The translations under genes and the position numbers were made by a program. Below, piece after piece: positions 1 through 13,265 of a DNA stretch of 64,000 nt; the first letter of the stretch is position 1, and every line of letters begins with the position of its first letter. Origin of the DNA: Ramazzottius varieornatus (taxonomy: Eukaryota; Animalia; Tardigrada); contig BDGG01000002.1 of NCBI GenBank assembly GCA_001949185.1, positions 5,508,448-5,572,447 on the forward strand, read 5' to 3'. Under the pieces are notes generated by a model that worked only from the letters and a program-made list of their open reading frames with translations, did no database searches and was not told the origin of the DNA.

Positions 1-12
1 TAATTAACTGCA

Positions 13-3000
13 ATGGAGGATATTGACTGTGACACATGGCCGGATTCCCCGCAATGCCAGTTCTTCCTCAGTCTGGAGGATGACGAAGCACCGCCGGAAT
101 TCATCCGCCCTCCTCCACCTTTCCTTTGTGATAGCGCCTTTGAAAAACAGCTTTCCTGCTCTAACGAAGTGTCATTTCCGTTCTCCATCAACGCCGATGG
201 GTCGCCAGCGGAAACCACACTGATTGTCATCGTTGTTTGCACGGCCATTGTTGGAATACTCTTTCTGATTTCCGGTGCCTTGATATGGAGGTATGTCAGG
301 GTCTTTACCGCATTGTCCTCACACCAAATTGATATTATGTAAACTAATGGCACATATTTCAAACTCAGACATAAAGAACACTATCAAAACAATACAGGGA
401 AACGAATGTTGCTTGATACGTATGACGTGCATTTCGGAGCTTGCACTATAAACTGAAACTACTTATTTTATGTTTTTTTCACTTCCGGGTCTGGGTTGAC
501 GGAAGGTTCGTCCGTCAAAACTTGTATTAATACCATTGTGCCTTGAACAGCTAATTCCATGTAAACTATGGAGCATATGCTCAGGTAATCTACACCGGGT
601 TTCCAATTTCAGCCGAGGTCTAACTTAAGAGACGGTAAGGAATGATTTCTACAACAGGAAAGTGTACTCTACTTGGTCGAAAGAATGTCACAGAGAAGTT
701 AAACAAACTTGTCAAGGAGTTTTTGTGTGCTGTGTTGATGTTTTCCATCTTATCTTGAGTGGGCGCCTTTGTTACAGAAAGGCGTTTTACTTGGATACTT
801 GAATGCTCAAAGGGGAAGTGAACCTCGGCATCATGTTTCTCTTGAAGCTGGCTTTACCTCAAGGCGTTACTTTTCGTTCGTTCCTCGCAGAGTTCAGTCT
901 GTGCTTGACACTGTTAATCCGGCCCAGCCTCAAGGTAGAGCTTGTCACGGTAATTTTCATGGGCCTAATCCTTTTTTGCGCCCTCGTGCTTGACTGCCCT
1001 GTTGTTTTTACCCAGCAAAGAAACGAGAGGTTACACATGTCTCCAGCCAAGATAATTGCCCTCAAAGACGATAACGACCCGCCGTTTGGTCGCATGCAGT
1101 CGCACCTGTCATCTTTGGCATAAAAGCCCTGCACTTTTCTGCCCCACTAGAGAGCTCTTCTTGAGAGCAACGAAAGATAATCTGGATTGCACAAAGGACA
1201 TCATTACACGCCCAGTGGAAAATTGGCTCGATTCATCTTGGGACGAGCAGCAGCCGGTCAACAGAAGCCCTTTCCTCACCGGTGTCGCTGTCACGCTTCC
1301 TCCCCAAACGAAGCGCAAAGTGCAATGTAGACAGGGCCTTTTTGAAGCAAGTGTGACACACGAGAAAGTAAAACGAAGCTCTGACCAGTGCTTACTTTCA
1401 TAACATTCAACAACTGTACAGCCACGCTGCACGCATATGTCAATCACGGCTTTTGATGCGCAGGCTCCATGTCAAAAGCATTCTGCCCAGATCCCCGTCA
1501 AGCTCAACAAAAAGAATCTCAAGTGTCTCCAAGGCCTCTTTCTAATCCGAAAATTCATCTGTCCTTGTACGCCGAAACCACACCTGCATAATATTGTTGA
1601 TATGTTCGGCAAAATATTTTCTGCGAATGAAACATTTCGAACCAGGACGCAAAAGGGTCCCTGCGTGGGAGGAAGGAATCTGACAATCCTTTCGGACAGC
1701 CATGTACTTTAGGCTGATGAGATACAATTGGGCTTTGGCTGAAGTTCATCTTGACCGATATGCTTCCGAAAAGAGCTTCTGTTCAGGGGATCGGAGAATG
1801 TATCAGTGTATTGAAGCGGCTTACTTTCAGCTACTTATCGATCGTAGGAAAGAACGTTATGGTCAACAGAAGACAATTCGCCTGTTGTCAGATACTATGT
1901 AAATGGATAAAAGGCTTTATGGACAGGTCAGTGAGGGGAAAGCACAAGAGGCTCGGCCTTTGGGAGAAGATGCCTTAGGAGGATTATTGTTATGGATATA
2001 ATTCGGAAATGTGATGCCTTTGCGAGAAACCTGCTGTCTAATGCATTTTCTTTTGTGCCGAAATAATTATGCAGTTGGACGGACACATCATCCCCTCCCC
2101 GAGCAGCCCAGCACGGCTGGTTACATTGTCCTCCACCGTGATTTTGCCGGCTCATTTTGGCTCTCCGTCCGACCGTATATTATTAATTTGCCTCCCGTGA
2201 CGCTGGCATCTTTGTGCGACGCAATGCATCCCCGCGGTGTAACTAGGTGTTATCTGGGGGAATAACGAATTAGATACAGTGTGTTGTGTTTCTTTGCGCC
2301 ATGCGGAAGGGAAGATTTAATGTATGATAATAGGCCAGATGAGATGGTTGATGTCAAGCAGGGCCGGACAAGCCGGGAGTTCATGTGTGTTTTTTTTGGT
2401 TGGACGCATCCTTCCAGCGCGCGAGTCGTGTCTCTTTAATCCACTTGTCTGTCGAAGGTCTTTACGAGTGCGAAAATCTTCAAACTGTTTTCCATCTCAG
2501 CGTGGGAAAAGCTTTTAGTTGTTTTAGCGCCGAGCTGTAGCTGTCGTTACGGTTTCAAGATAAGCTAAGCCTGTGTTTAGCTAATGCGGACTGTCGCGTA
2601 TTTTCAAGAAGCAGAGTTCAAACTCGACGTTTTAGGGATAGGCCCTAATTGAACGGGTGGTTGATGTCCAATCCCATCTAACGACACCGAAGTACCTCGC
2701 AAAATTCTGCAATAATAACTCCACTGAACAATATTTTCCTCTTCGGTAGACCGGGTAGTAAATTGCAGATCCTTTAATCTTCCCCTTTTTAAACATCTGC
2801 CTCAACATCGGAAACGAGCTTTACGCGATAAGCCGGCACTTTTACTGATGAGCCATCGTTGAGCATTATTATTTGCTCCCCAGAGAATTCTCTTCCCTGT
2901 CGATGAAATCATTATGCAATAATTTCACTCTGTGTGTATTGATGGTCGAGAGAATGGAGATTATGTTGTAGGTTGTACGTATGTTTTTGTCGGTGAAAAT

Positions 3001-5000
3001 GGGCGAAACGACAGATTCATGTCTGATCTTGAGTCAACATGAGGATCGAAGATTGTAGCTAGGAGGAGAATGCGGTGTAAATTACCGGCCAAGTTTGCTA
3101 GGTCAACAACGAAATTTAGCCGAGGCAAATGTCCAGTTTAAGCACGGATTAGCCATCTGCTCGACAAATTTTTATGGTCGGTCTGCTGGCTGTCAGAGAA
3201 AATTGCAGCCAACGTCTAAACTGGAGACTCATTACGGGCCAGTCGAGCGTGGTTAAACAGAAGATCGCATGGTCTGACTCTTTGGGGCGACTTAATAATA
3301 TTTCCCAACCGTGGAACCGGTTATCTTGCATCGCCCACTTCTCACTTTCCATCTCGACAAGCGGTTATTCCATGGCCAAATATACCTGTAGTAGATAAGG
3401 ATCGCAAAGTAAACGTTCAGGTTTGGACCACCTTTCCGATCTATGCTCTTGAGATCCACGATAATATGATGCAAAGAATAAATGCTGGTGTAACGGAAGA
3501 TCCTTCTGCACAATTGGAGACGAAAGGTCCGTCGAAATTGACTGGATAACGTGAACAACTTGTCATCAGAGTTTGTAACGATGGAGTACTGCAGAGCAAT
3601 CTGAAGACCTAGAATTAAGTCAAATACACCTTATGGATAACATTCGCCGAAAATTTAGCCTTTTTCACCTCGGGTCTCTAAGTTATATCGTACCGATTCG
3701 TACGGATTTCTAACTGGGCGTGTTGCTTTTTTTAATAAACTACAGTAAGTGTTGGCAGACTAAGCTCTACAAAATTTTTGTTATTTCAGGAACCGAAAGA
3801 AGCTGCGAAAGTATTTGACCTATTCCTCTAGAGCGCCGGTCAGGCCTTCCCGCAAAGACACGCCATCAGCAGCCTCGACTTCGGACAGCTCAGATGGTGT
3901 TGCTTACTCTGATAATAACCAGTACAAAAAGAAGGCATTGTTGGCTGGCATCAGTCCGGTAGGCCAATATATTCCTAATCTGTTCAAGCTTTCATCAATA
4001 TCTCGCGGCTGTCTTGACCATATGATTGATTTTCCTTCCTTATGTTTCCTTCTAGCCGTCAGGAGTCAAGTTTTTGACAGACCATCATGCCATTAGATAC
4101 GCTCCCAACTCGCATCCTCATCTTTCACTGGACGGCCACATCTACGAAGAGATACCCAGCAATTATCCAGCCGCGGCTTTTTGTTTCAATCCCACCGCCA
4201 CGCTGGCTGCGCACAACGCTTATCCCCGGTATGCGGTCTACTATGATGATGGATCCGCTGCTGCAGTGCCGCCACTGTCCACCCAGTCCTTCGACCAGCG
4301 GCGTTCATGGCTCGACTTGCTCCACCGTCCACCCTGTCCGGACGTGCTGTACAACCTGTACAATGACAGCACGAAAATAACACCGTCCTGCCCGTGTCCG
4401 TGCTATTATCCCAGTTTGCCGCAAAATTCCAGCAGGATGGCCGTGGGCACCGACGCTGGACACGTGATGGTCAATCCGGTCGAGAGAGAAATACCTGAAG
4501 ATGGAACGCGCCGTGAAAGTCCCTACGAGAATCACATCAGGCCCACGCCCTACAATCGCCGATACTCAAACAGAAACGATTTGCTCAATTCCCGATTCTA
4601 CCCTAATGACTTGCTCAACCCAGGTACGGTATACGACTTCCTTTCTTTCGTTTGCGTGTCTATTTTGACCTCTTTGAAAATCTGTGTAAGTTAATTGCCT
4701 CTCTTTACAGAGACTGTCCAGTTGACACAGACGTTATTAGGGCCATCGGTGATACGGAACGAGTTTCCCACACTGTCGCGTCATTCAACAGCCTACAAGG
4801 AAGAGGCTCCCGTCCAGACGAGCCCTCGAGTCTCCCGGACCATGGACTCAATGGGACAGCAGCAGCGTCGCCGTCACCACAGGAAGCCCCACAAGTGCAC
4901 CAACAGACAGGCTACTCATCCAGCTCATTTCGTTACGGTTCAAGCCAACCATGAGCCGCAATCGCAGTTTGGAATAGTGGAGGACTCCAGTCCACTATGA
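13..5000 (+). CDS. Uncharacterised single-pass membrane protein, ~434 aa, with a Tyr-motif-rich cytoplasmic tail. Exons 13-290, 3790-3958, 4056-4623, 4711-5000.
   Basis: Four exons join in frame through GT..AG sites (phases 2,0,1). An in-frame TAA lies upstream of ATG 13. One hydrophobic segment (LIVIVVCTAIVGILFLISGALIW) is followed by a basic stop-transfer stretch RNRKKLRK that spans the splice junction. The tail contains HIYEEI and YENH and ends in SSPL. Confidence 0.7.
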
Positions 5001-6023
5001 TATTTGAAAATTGCTTTCATTCCTTCCACGGCTTGCTCTCTGTATACGCTCTGATCGATGCTGAACGTAGATTAGACAGCAGCTGAGAGGATTTAGTAAT
5101 ATTTGTGATGCGAAAATGATTCTTTTGTCCATGCTTCACTTTGATCTGACGGAAAGCCATGCATAGTCAATAGTCGGCATGGCCACCCGTCCTGACTGTA
5201 TTCCAACACATTTTTCAAAAAGTGGATGTTGCCCCTTTTTCCTGAATGCTCAGGGCAACGTTTGCTTGCTCATCTATGTGCAGCCGTCTTGACAGCTAAG
5301 AAATATGACAGCTGTTGTAAAATTCCCAGAGGAAGTCTTTCCCATACATTTTCATTTTTGGTGGCCTGATGATAACTGTCATTTGGCGCCGACGTCCCCG
5401 AGTGGAAGAAAGCCATGTCAGTAGGTCACTAACTTAAACGGGAAGATTTTTTGCTCGAGCAAGCTCAAAATTGTGGAGACTTGGGAATATCAAAAGCTGT
5501 GATTGAGAAGGGCCCTATCGACCATCTGTATTACATTCTGGACTTTCCAAGGTCAGTTTAAGGGCACAAGATTCGGAACAATCGTTACCCTAGTCCCAGA
5601 TCAATTTTCGGTTAAGGCTTGCTACTGTATTCAGTCGTGTACGAACCATTATAAAAGCAAATGAAGCCAGCTCATTAAAATCCATTCCAAGGTCTGAGAA
5701 CATCGCGGGCGTGTTTAACAGAAAGATTTGATAGCAGCCACTTTGTCTGAAGTTGCTGCTAATTTGTGCGGCTCTTCAGAGTCGCGTTTGTGATATCGGA
5801 TACTTGCATGCTGCTTGCAAGCCGGACAAGATGCATCTCATGTTACTTCCCACCTTTTTTCTTTTCATCCCTATCAGAAACTGACCATCGTCAGAGCAGA
5901 CGGTGGCTACTTTTGTGTCGAGTTCATTTTGAACCGTTAATTAATTCGATTCCACATCAGTGTCCGCATAACGACTTGTGGTCAATGCAACCTGTTTCTC
6001 CTTCCGTGATTTGTGTTCTAAAT

Positions 6024-7356
6024 ATGTCAGCCAACAGACGTTTGATGGATGTGCTGCTTGCATGTGTGCTCCTCGTAAATGTCATCTGCAGCCACGGACA
6101 TCCCGTGGACAACTCACCACTGGATCTTTCGCGTGCCCCAACGACCGCCGCTCCGGTTGTTTCTCTGGAAATTTATTACGAAACCCTTTGTATCGATAGT
6201 GTGCAGTTCATTGTTGGTCAACTCCACCCGACACTCCAGAAGATCGGACACATCGTTAATGTCTCTATGATTCCCTTTGGGATTGCAAGTGTTAGTACAG
6301 CTTTCATAGTACTTCCAAGTGGGTTGACCACAAATTATCGATGCCACAACGAACACGGAAGTGGTCGCGACTAGAACAGGCTATACCGCGAACCTTCTGT
6401 TCAAGCTTACAAACAAGAATACAAACGTCTATATAGCTACAAATTGTTTTCGGACTTACTGATCAGATTCATCCACGCAATCATAATAAAAAAGCTTCCG
6501 AACTCAGTCGAGTGTTGTTTCTGTTATGCTCACAGGAAAGTTTCATCAACGGGAAGCACGTCTTTTCTTGTCAGCATGGTCCTAGAGAATGTTACGGTAA
6601 TGTAGTACAGGTGAGAAACTCCTTCGAAATTTGTGATTCGCTTCAAAAGGTATGAATATATATATATATATATATATCGGGAATCAGATCAGATATTCAT
6701 AGACTGCTGTTAATGATTGTCAGACTTGCGCCATTCATCTTTTGACCTTGACGGATCCCGCGCTGCCCCTCCGTTTCATCTACTGCATGCAGCGGTCAAG
6801 AGATCCTTCATCCGCCGGCCAAGCTGTGAATATTTTCTCAATTTGCTCTTACTTGACAGCTACCCATACTATGCAAATATCCCTCCATTCCATTCAAACC
6901 ACCTCTTGCGCTAATGTAGTGCGCAAAGGAAATTGGAGTCAACTTCGGGCCTATCCGGGAATGTGCGGAAGGCCGAGTAGGGAACAAGCTGCTGCACGAA
7001 ATGGAGAAACGGACCAAAGCTCTGAGACCGAAACTCAACTGGGTTCCTTGGATCGTGTTAAACAATGTAAGGCCGGAAGACCTAGAAGGTCGAGATACAT
7101 GTTCAGTGGCAGCGGAAGTGTGGGTCTCGGGCTATAAAACTCTCATAAAGGTACTTGTCCAGGAGCATACGGACCAAATTCAAAAGGAAGGGTCGAGAAA
7201 CCTGCTGGCCCTCATTTGCAAAGTCTACCGGGTAAGTTACCGTCACTATAATCTTTAGCGATTCTCGAGCTGAGGATGATCTACGGTGGACAGCAACCTC
7301 AATAACGATGAGATTTTCTGTTGCAGGGAACCAAGCCAGCTGACTGTGCAGCTTGA
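6024..7356 (+). CDS. GILT (gamma-interferon-inducible lysosomal thiol reductase)-like protein, copy 1, CxxS active site, 6 exons
   Basis: Signal peptide; EIYYETLCIDS; IPFG; GILT signature FSCQHGPRECYGN..C; WVPWIVLN; C-terminal LICKVYR/GTKPADC. Exons join via GT-AG introns. Confidence 0.9.
6656..6677. repeat. (AT)n microsatellite in a GILT copy 1 intron
   Basis: About 11 AT units seen directly. Confidence 0.9.
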
Positions 7357-7752
7357 TCAATTGCAAGACCGACGAGTTCGCCGGGTTGGATAATGGACAT
7401 GTCGATTATGGACCTTCCGTTTTATCAGCTTTGAACTTCCATTTGACCACTACTGCTCGTTCGATCGTTCTCGAGGTTCAACGTACTTTCTTCTTTTGTA
7501 GATCTAACAGACAGATTTCCCCAACTGTCATGTTTGAATATTCGAGATAACGGCTACCGGCAGACTGTAGTTCATTGGGTCGCCAAGAAAACTGCGACGC
7601 CCAGATGCACTGTGGGGAAAGTCCGAGTCTTGAACAGCCATTCTGAAATAACAACTTCCCGTCATTAAGCAATCAAACTGGTTTCCAAATTACTGGGCTT
7701 TTGTTCCGCGAGCTACTTTACGTTTTCTCAGTTTATTTGTTGCGATTGATTC

Positions 7753-8738
7753 ATGACTATGTGGCTATTCGGCACACTGGTAATCATTGGAGCATTGGCG
7801 ACACAGGAAGTTTCTCCCGTTCTGCTCCCCCATGTCAAAAAGCATGAAATATCATCCGTCAACGCGGATGTTGTACATGTCGAACTCTACTACGAAAGCC
7901 TTTGTCCAGACTGCAAAAACTTCATAAAGGAACAATTATTTCCCACAGCGCAAAAAGTGGGCAAAATCATGAATCTTACGTTGATTCCGTTCGGCAACGC
8001 AAAGGTATGACCGTAGTGTAATGGAAGTTTTCGGACTAACTTGCTGTAACTGCTGTCACAGGAAGAGTGGGACGACGAAACCTCGAAGTGGGTATTCACG
8101 TGCCAACATGGTCCAAAAGAATGCGACTTGAACCTCATCGAGGCTTGCGCGATTCAAGAGATATCCACGTCACTGACCGTCGACAATCTTGCAGATGTCC
8201 GGAATATCTCCAAGGTCCAGCTGAAGTTTATCCATTGCATCGAGAACAGTGAGGACCCGACGAAAGCGCCGCAAAAAGTAAGGCAGTTCGCCCAGGAGTA
8301 TACTATAAGCAACCGCTAATTAGGATCCTACCTGCGCTTGTAGTGTGCCAAGAAGCTGGATATCGAATGGAGCGACATCATGGACTGTGCAAACGGAGAA
8401 CGAGGAAACCAAATCATGCACAACTACGCACTGCTAACGGAAGCACTGAATCCTCCTCATGACTCGGTTCCCTGGATAGTTCTGAATGGCGTAAGCTTTT
8501 ACATCATAGCCATCGCACAAGCTACAAGAAAACATTGATAGACCGCTTTGTGTCTTGTCAGAATCATACGGATGAAATTCAGTCGGCGGCAGAGAGTGAT
8601 CTCCTCAAGCTCATTTGTGACACCTACAAGGTACTCTGGTCCAAACGAAGTAACGCAATCCATTCAGCTGCGTGACACTATGCTTCTGTTTTCCAGGGAC
8701 CCAACCCGAAAGGATGTTCGTCACGGTCTCTGCGGTAG
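7753..8738 (+). CDS. GILT-like thiol reductase, copy 2, canonical CxxC active site, 5 exons
   Basis: Signal peptide; ELYYESLCPDC; IPFGNA; FTCQHGPKECDLNLIEAC; VPWIVLNG; LICDTYK/GPNPKGC. Its intron positions match four of those in copy 1. Confidence 0.93.
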
Positions 8739-8999
8739 AAGGTTCATTTAGTACAAAAAGCCGAAGAAACACTTGAACTACAGAAGTTTCCACAAGTGCA
8801 TAGGTTGATTCTGTCGGGAAACAAAGCCAAAAGGCCCATGACACAAGTCTAGCTAACAGCAGGAACGTTTCTGGTCTAACCCTGATGAAATAAACACGAA
8901 TCGGAGATTTCATTTAACTTGTGTCTGCGTCAAAACAATATAGAGCTTAACGATGAAAAATACATTCATGAATATCGGAAAAACATCCCATATGCTCAC

Positions 9000-10454
9000 C
9001 TACATCAAGCCTTCGATAAACTGAGCAGCCGTAGCAGCTTCCTGGTCGTGATCTACAGCTGCTGTAATCTGTGCCATTTCACTTGAAGAGTCCTCGGTGG
9101 AACTAGAGCCAGGCACGGCCAAGGGTTGTTCGTCTGTCGAGTTGTAGTCTTGATGTCCACCGAAGAGAATCTGCTCCAACTGTGCTAGCGCAGCTTCGTT
9201 GTCCGGGTCCGATGGATCATGGGCGCCATTCAGCAGAATCTGCGTCTTGGCCACAGTCGGTGCCGAAGACACTGCATCTTTCTCTGTCTTGATACTCTTG
9301 GCTCTGTGTACCCTCAAGTCATCGGCAATCTGCCTCATGTCGGCTTTGTAGTTGTTCAGGAAGATGAAGTCTTGAGCGGTGGTAGCTCGTTCGACGAGCA
9401 TATGCTCCGGCTTGAACTCGTCAGGAGATCTGATAGAGGGTATCTGCGGAATGCCAGCCATACTCATTCCGCCCTCTAAGATGGTCTGGTCCTCTTCGAG
9501 CAATGTCAGAAAGTCGTGATCGGTCAGCTCTACCCCGGCATCTGAAAGTAGATTAAGAAGCGGAATGCTGCAAGGAAGTTAACTAAGACAGGTTCGTACC
9601 TTGCAAGAACCACCCGGTTGTACTCTTCGGCTGCTCCGAGCTGGAACCGGAAGTGGGTTCCACACGAGAATCGCTTTCTTCGTCCGCGCTGTTGGCTTCT
9701 GCAGAACCCTGCAAAGTACCAGTCATTCAACAACTTGTTCTTAAACGAATCCAGAAACCAGAACACGATAACACGATAACTGTACTGAAAGCTTGTTCAT
9801 GAACTAAGCAGTGGTCTAGAAAGCTGGAAAGGATACAAGATGGTGAAATAATGGTTCGTACGTTGCTGGTGTAAGAGGCTAAAGGAGATGTATCCTCGGC
9901 AATGTGGCCCTTCTTCTTCCTTTTGGGACCAATCGACTCTAGCACAGCGGGATCAACTTTCCGTTTGATAGCTGCTCGAATGGCCTGTTCCGATCGCGAG
10001 TTCAACGTCTCGCAGATCTTGGGCATGTCGTCGCCGTAGATCGAGACTGCATATCTTAACAGATCTTCCTCCTCTAAAACCAAAACACACACCCTTAAAC
10101 AGAGAGTTAATCCAACTTCTTGGCACACACCAATATTCACTGCAGAAGCATCTCAAACCTCTTGTCCATTTCGATCCTGCAGTCTGTAGCTGACTACTCT
10201 GGTCATACGACATCTGCAAAGTGTGGCGTGTAAGCAACTTTCGCCTATGACGTCAAACTACCGAATGCACTTACCCATTTAATATAACTGTCGGACAAGA
10301 CTCTGAGCTCCCCACTCAGACCTCGGAAGACGTTTGTCCACCTGTCGCAATAGGACTTGAGGTTAGCTACTGTTTGGCTCTGCAGCTTGGCATTTGCCAC
10401 CGGACTGGATGGCGCAGGAGGTGATCCAATCAATCCAAGTTTCGTTGAGGCCAT
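9000..10454 (-). CDS. BAP18 (C17orf49)-like chromatin complex subunit with a SANT/Myb domain, ~365 aa. Exons 10454-10275, 10213-10159, 10073-9862, 9708-9600, 9541-9000.
   Basis: The spliced product contains AGSKWTREEEDLLRYAVSIYGDDMPKICETLNSRSEQAIRAAIKRK, which matches the BAP18 pattern (AGAKWTETEIEMLRAAVKRFGDDL..I...IK.RT..QIK..VKRK). An NLS-like PKRKKK follows. All junctions are in frame. Confidence 0.72.
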
Positions 10455-11258
10455 TCCCACCACGCTTGCATGAACGACCGCTCACTCCGCTACGCTATGT
10501 GCACTTCCGAGTGCGATGGCTGACGATGGAATAAATGGAAGCTGTTTCGAAAGCTGCGGGAGATACGGGAGCAGTTGAAGCTCCGATAACCTAATCAACT
10601 GCTCGGTGACTTGATTCACTTGACATCACAAGACATCATTGCCTGTCTGGTACCTTTATCGCAATATCGTTACCGATAATTCCGTCAATCGAACGAACAA
10701 TCAATGCACCAGATGACCGAGCTGCTGGCAAGCCAGAGTGTGTTTCTGGCTTTCGCTTTGCTTGGCGAGTTACGCCACGTGTCTGTGAGATTACTGAGCG
10801 CCAGTTAACGCACACAGATCCACTCGGGTCACTCACGCTTTTTGCAGCCTAGCGGTTGCTTGTGTTTGGCGAGACGGTTTTCTTCTGTTGCTCGGATCCC
10901 TTGATTGAATGAAGAGCTCATCTTGAGTTTTGTTAGTAGATTACATCACATTACGTACTGTATATCACCAATGTATGACGTGCACCATATCGGTCCTACC
11001 TATTTGTCAGCAGAACGTAATCAATCAATCGCGCAATCAATGTGTTTGACGTTCCGGCAAGGCCCCCTCTAGCAGCTCATGTATGTTCTTGACTCTTAAG
11101 TTTCGAGGAGCTTACGCCAGTCTTGCAGCATCTGGGGACGACGGGTGTGCAGCTTTCGAGAGAAGGATTCTTATTGCACCAGAGCGACAAGCTTCCGTCG
11201 TTGACCACTGTTTGTACCTTGGCAGCCAAGCAGTTCTCTAATCAACGTAACCTCTACA

Positions 11259-13265
11259 ATGGGTTCCGTCGACGAGATATCCTCCGCTGTGAACAAGCTA
11301 ACTATCGCTTTGGAGAACGGAGAAGGCAAGTACACCTTAGGAATGAACGTGCTGTCCGCCGAACCCTGGGTGTGGACGATTACCTGGAATCATCGACGCA
11401 AAGTATGTGATTTTCGTCCACCAGTGAGCTCCTCGGTGCCATCGCTAGTTATTCTTTGCTTTCTCTTTTGAAAGGTGTGTGCAGCCTGTTTCACGATCCC
11501 GTCCAACATTAGAAGAACGAACGGTCCCGACTTGCGAGCCTGCGAGTCGTGCAAAACCTACGCCTACTGTAACACAGAATGTCAGAAGATGGGATGGACA
11601 TCCGGGCACTTCATGGAGTGTGAGCTGATGAGGAACATGGCGCTGCACCTCGAGAAGAAGGGCTTGCTAGTGATGGATCAAGACAAAAGCGAAATGTCCT
11701 ACAGCACCTCCATGGTATACTACGTGACTTCGTTGGTCGCTAAAGCCCTCAACAGGTTGCATTCGGATGAAGGAACAACGAGGAGTTCAGAAGTGGACGA
11801 CAAGACGGCGAGGGACTTTTACGAAAATGTCAATGATGCACCCCCCATCAACCTGTCCCAATCCGAGCGGACGCTGATCAAAGAGCTGCTTCAGGCTGCT
11901 TTTGATGTAGCAACGGTTACTGACATCCTTCCGGAAGCGGAGCTGTGGAAATACTACTGTCGAACACGAAGCAACATCTCGCAGATGGTGGATAAAACCT
12001 CGCATCTGCCTTATGGCATTGGACTGTACTTTGAGAACGGCGCTATGAGACGGTGTTGCGATAACAATGTTGTCCAAACCTTCAAAGGTGAGCCTCGGTA
12101 TTCGATGGTGACTATGCAATTCATGCAGGAGAAGATTTTGAGATAGAGTGTGGAAACTATGTTGTTTTCTGTCAATAGGGAAGACAATGGTGATGAAAGC
12201 GACGAAAGACTTAACGCTGTCAAGTGAGCTCCGATCGCCTGGCTTGGTGCAAGATCTACAGCCTCTGCCAAGAAAGCTCCGTCAACGGTACTACCTGGCG
12301 ATCTACGGCAAGGAATGTGACTGCCGGAAGTGTTCGGATGAGTACGAGGCCGAGATCAACCCGATGAAGTGTGTAACATCCGGTTGTAACGAAGTCATCC
12401 CCACTGACCTACGGGCTCTTCAGCCATGTCGCAAGTGTGGTGTAAAGAGCGACGAAGAACGGTTGCTGCAGGCTAGAAAGACCTACGAAGAGTTTATTAG
12501 GCGTTACGCGGAGACGTGCGACTTGAACGCGCAGGTGTCCAAGAGCCATAAGGCACTGGCTCGCCGTGAAGCTCCGCTGGGGCTACTACGACAGCTAGAC
12601 ACCAACGAGCTGGTTCACCCAGAGAACTTCTTACGTTATTGTTGCCTGTACGTGTTGGGCATCACGTACTACAAGATCGCCACGAACATTGTACCAGATA
12701 CTGCGAGCTGCTTCGCGTATCGAGAAGCGTGGAAGCACTTGAAGCCGCTGACAGAACTGATGGGTGAGTCCACTTTTCGCTTTCCCACCGCTCATTGCCT
12801 TTTGCTACAAGAATACTACCGCTGAAGGCCGTGCCCGGTACCAGCTTGACTGGTATCTTCTTAGAAAAAAGGCAGAATTAGCCAAACGTCAAAATAACTT
12901 GACGACTTCTCTTCCGTCATGCTTAGTTCGCTTGTCTTGCAGGTAAATTTGAGTGCAAGTACGATCAGCGAGCTCTGCGGATCTTGAAGGACGCCGGTGT
13001 GGCCGCCATGTACAGTGCGACGGCCCAACTGGAAGAAGCGGTGGCGGTCTTCAAAGGCCCTCGAACGAAAGAGACATTGCCCAAGTCCAAAGGAGTGCGG
13101 GACGCAAGCGCAGTCATGGAGCAAGGTCCTCGGCTACTGGCGATCATGGCTGAACGTCATGTGGCACTGTATGGTCGTAGTGTGCCTCCTGTTAAACCCG
13201 GAAAGGATCGCAAGGGAGCGAGCAAGAACCGTCTACGAGCTGTTAAAGGTGGCCGAGTGAAGTGA
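11259..13265 (+). CDS. SMYD-family MYND zinc finger/split SET domain protein, ~554 aa, catalytic motifs degenerate. Exons 11259-11402, 11475-12087, 12179-12763, 12943-13265.
   Basis: AEPWVW pre-MYND motif; MYND CAAC...CESCKTYAYCNTECQKMGW..GHFMEC; GIGLY; post-SET ECDCRKC followed by KC...C...CRKCG. Junctions are in frame. Confidence 0.88.

Noticed and set aside
769-1134. Overlapping ORFs in intron 1 of the first gene; one minus-strand frame looks like charged coding sequence broken by stops
   Set aside because: No recognisable domain or splice structure; cannot be distinguished from chance.
5766-6023. N-terminal extension of the 202-aa ORF upstream of GILT copy 1
   Set aside because: It starts at a non-ATG codon, and the signal peptide begins after ATG 6024 (or the next Met).
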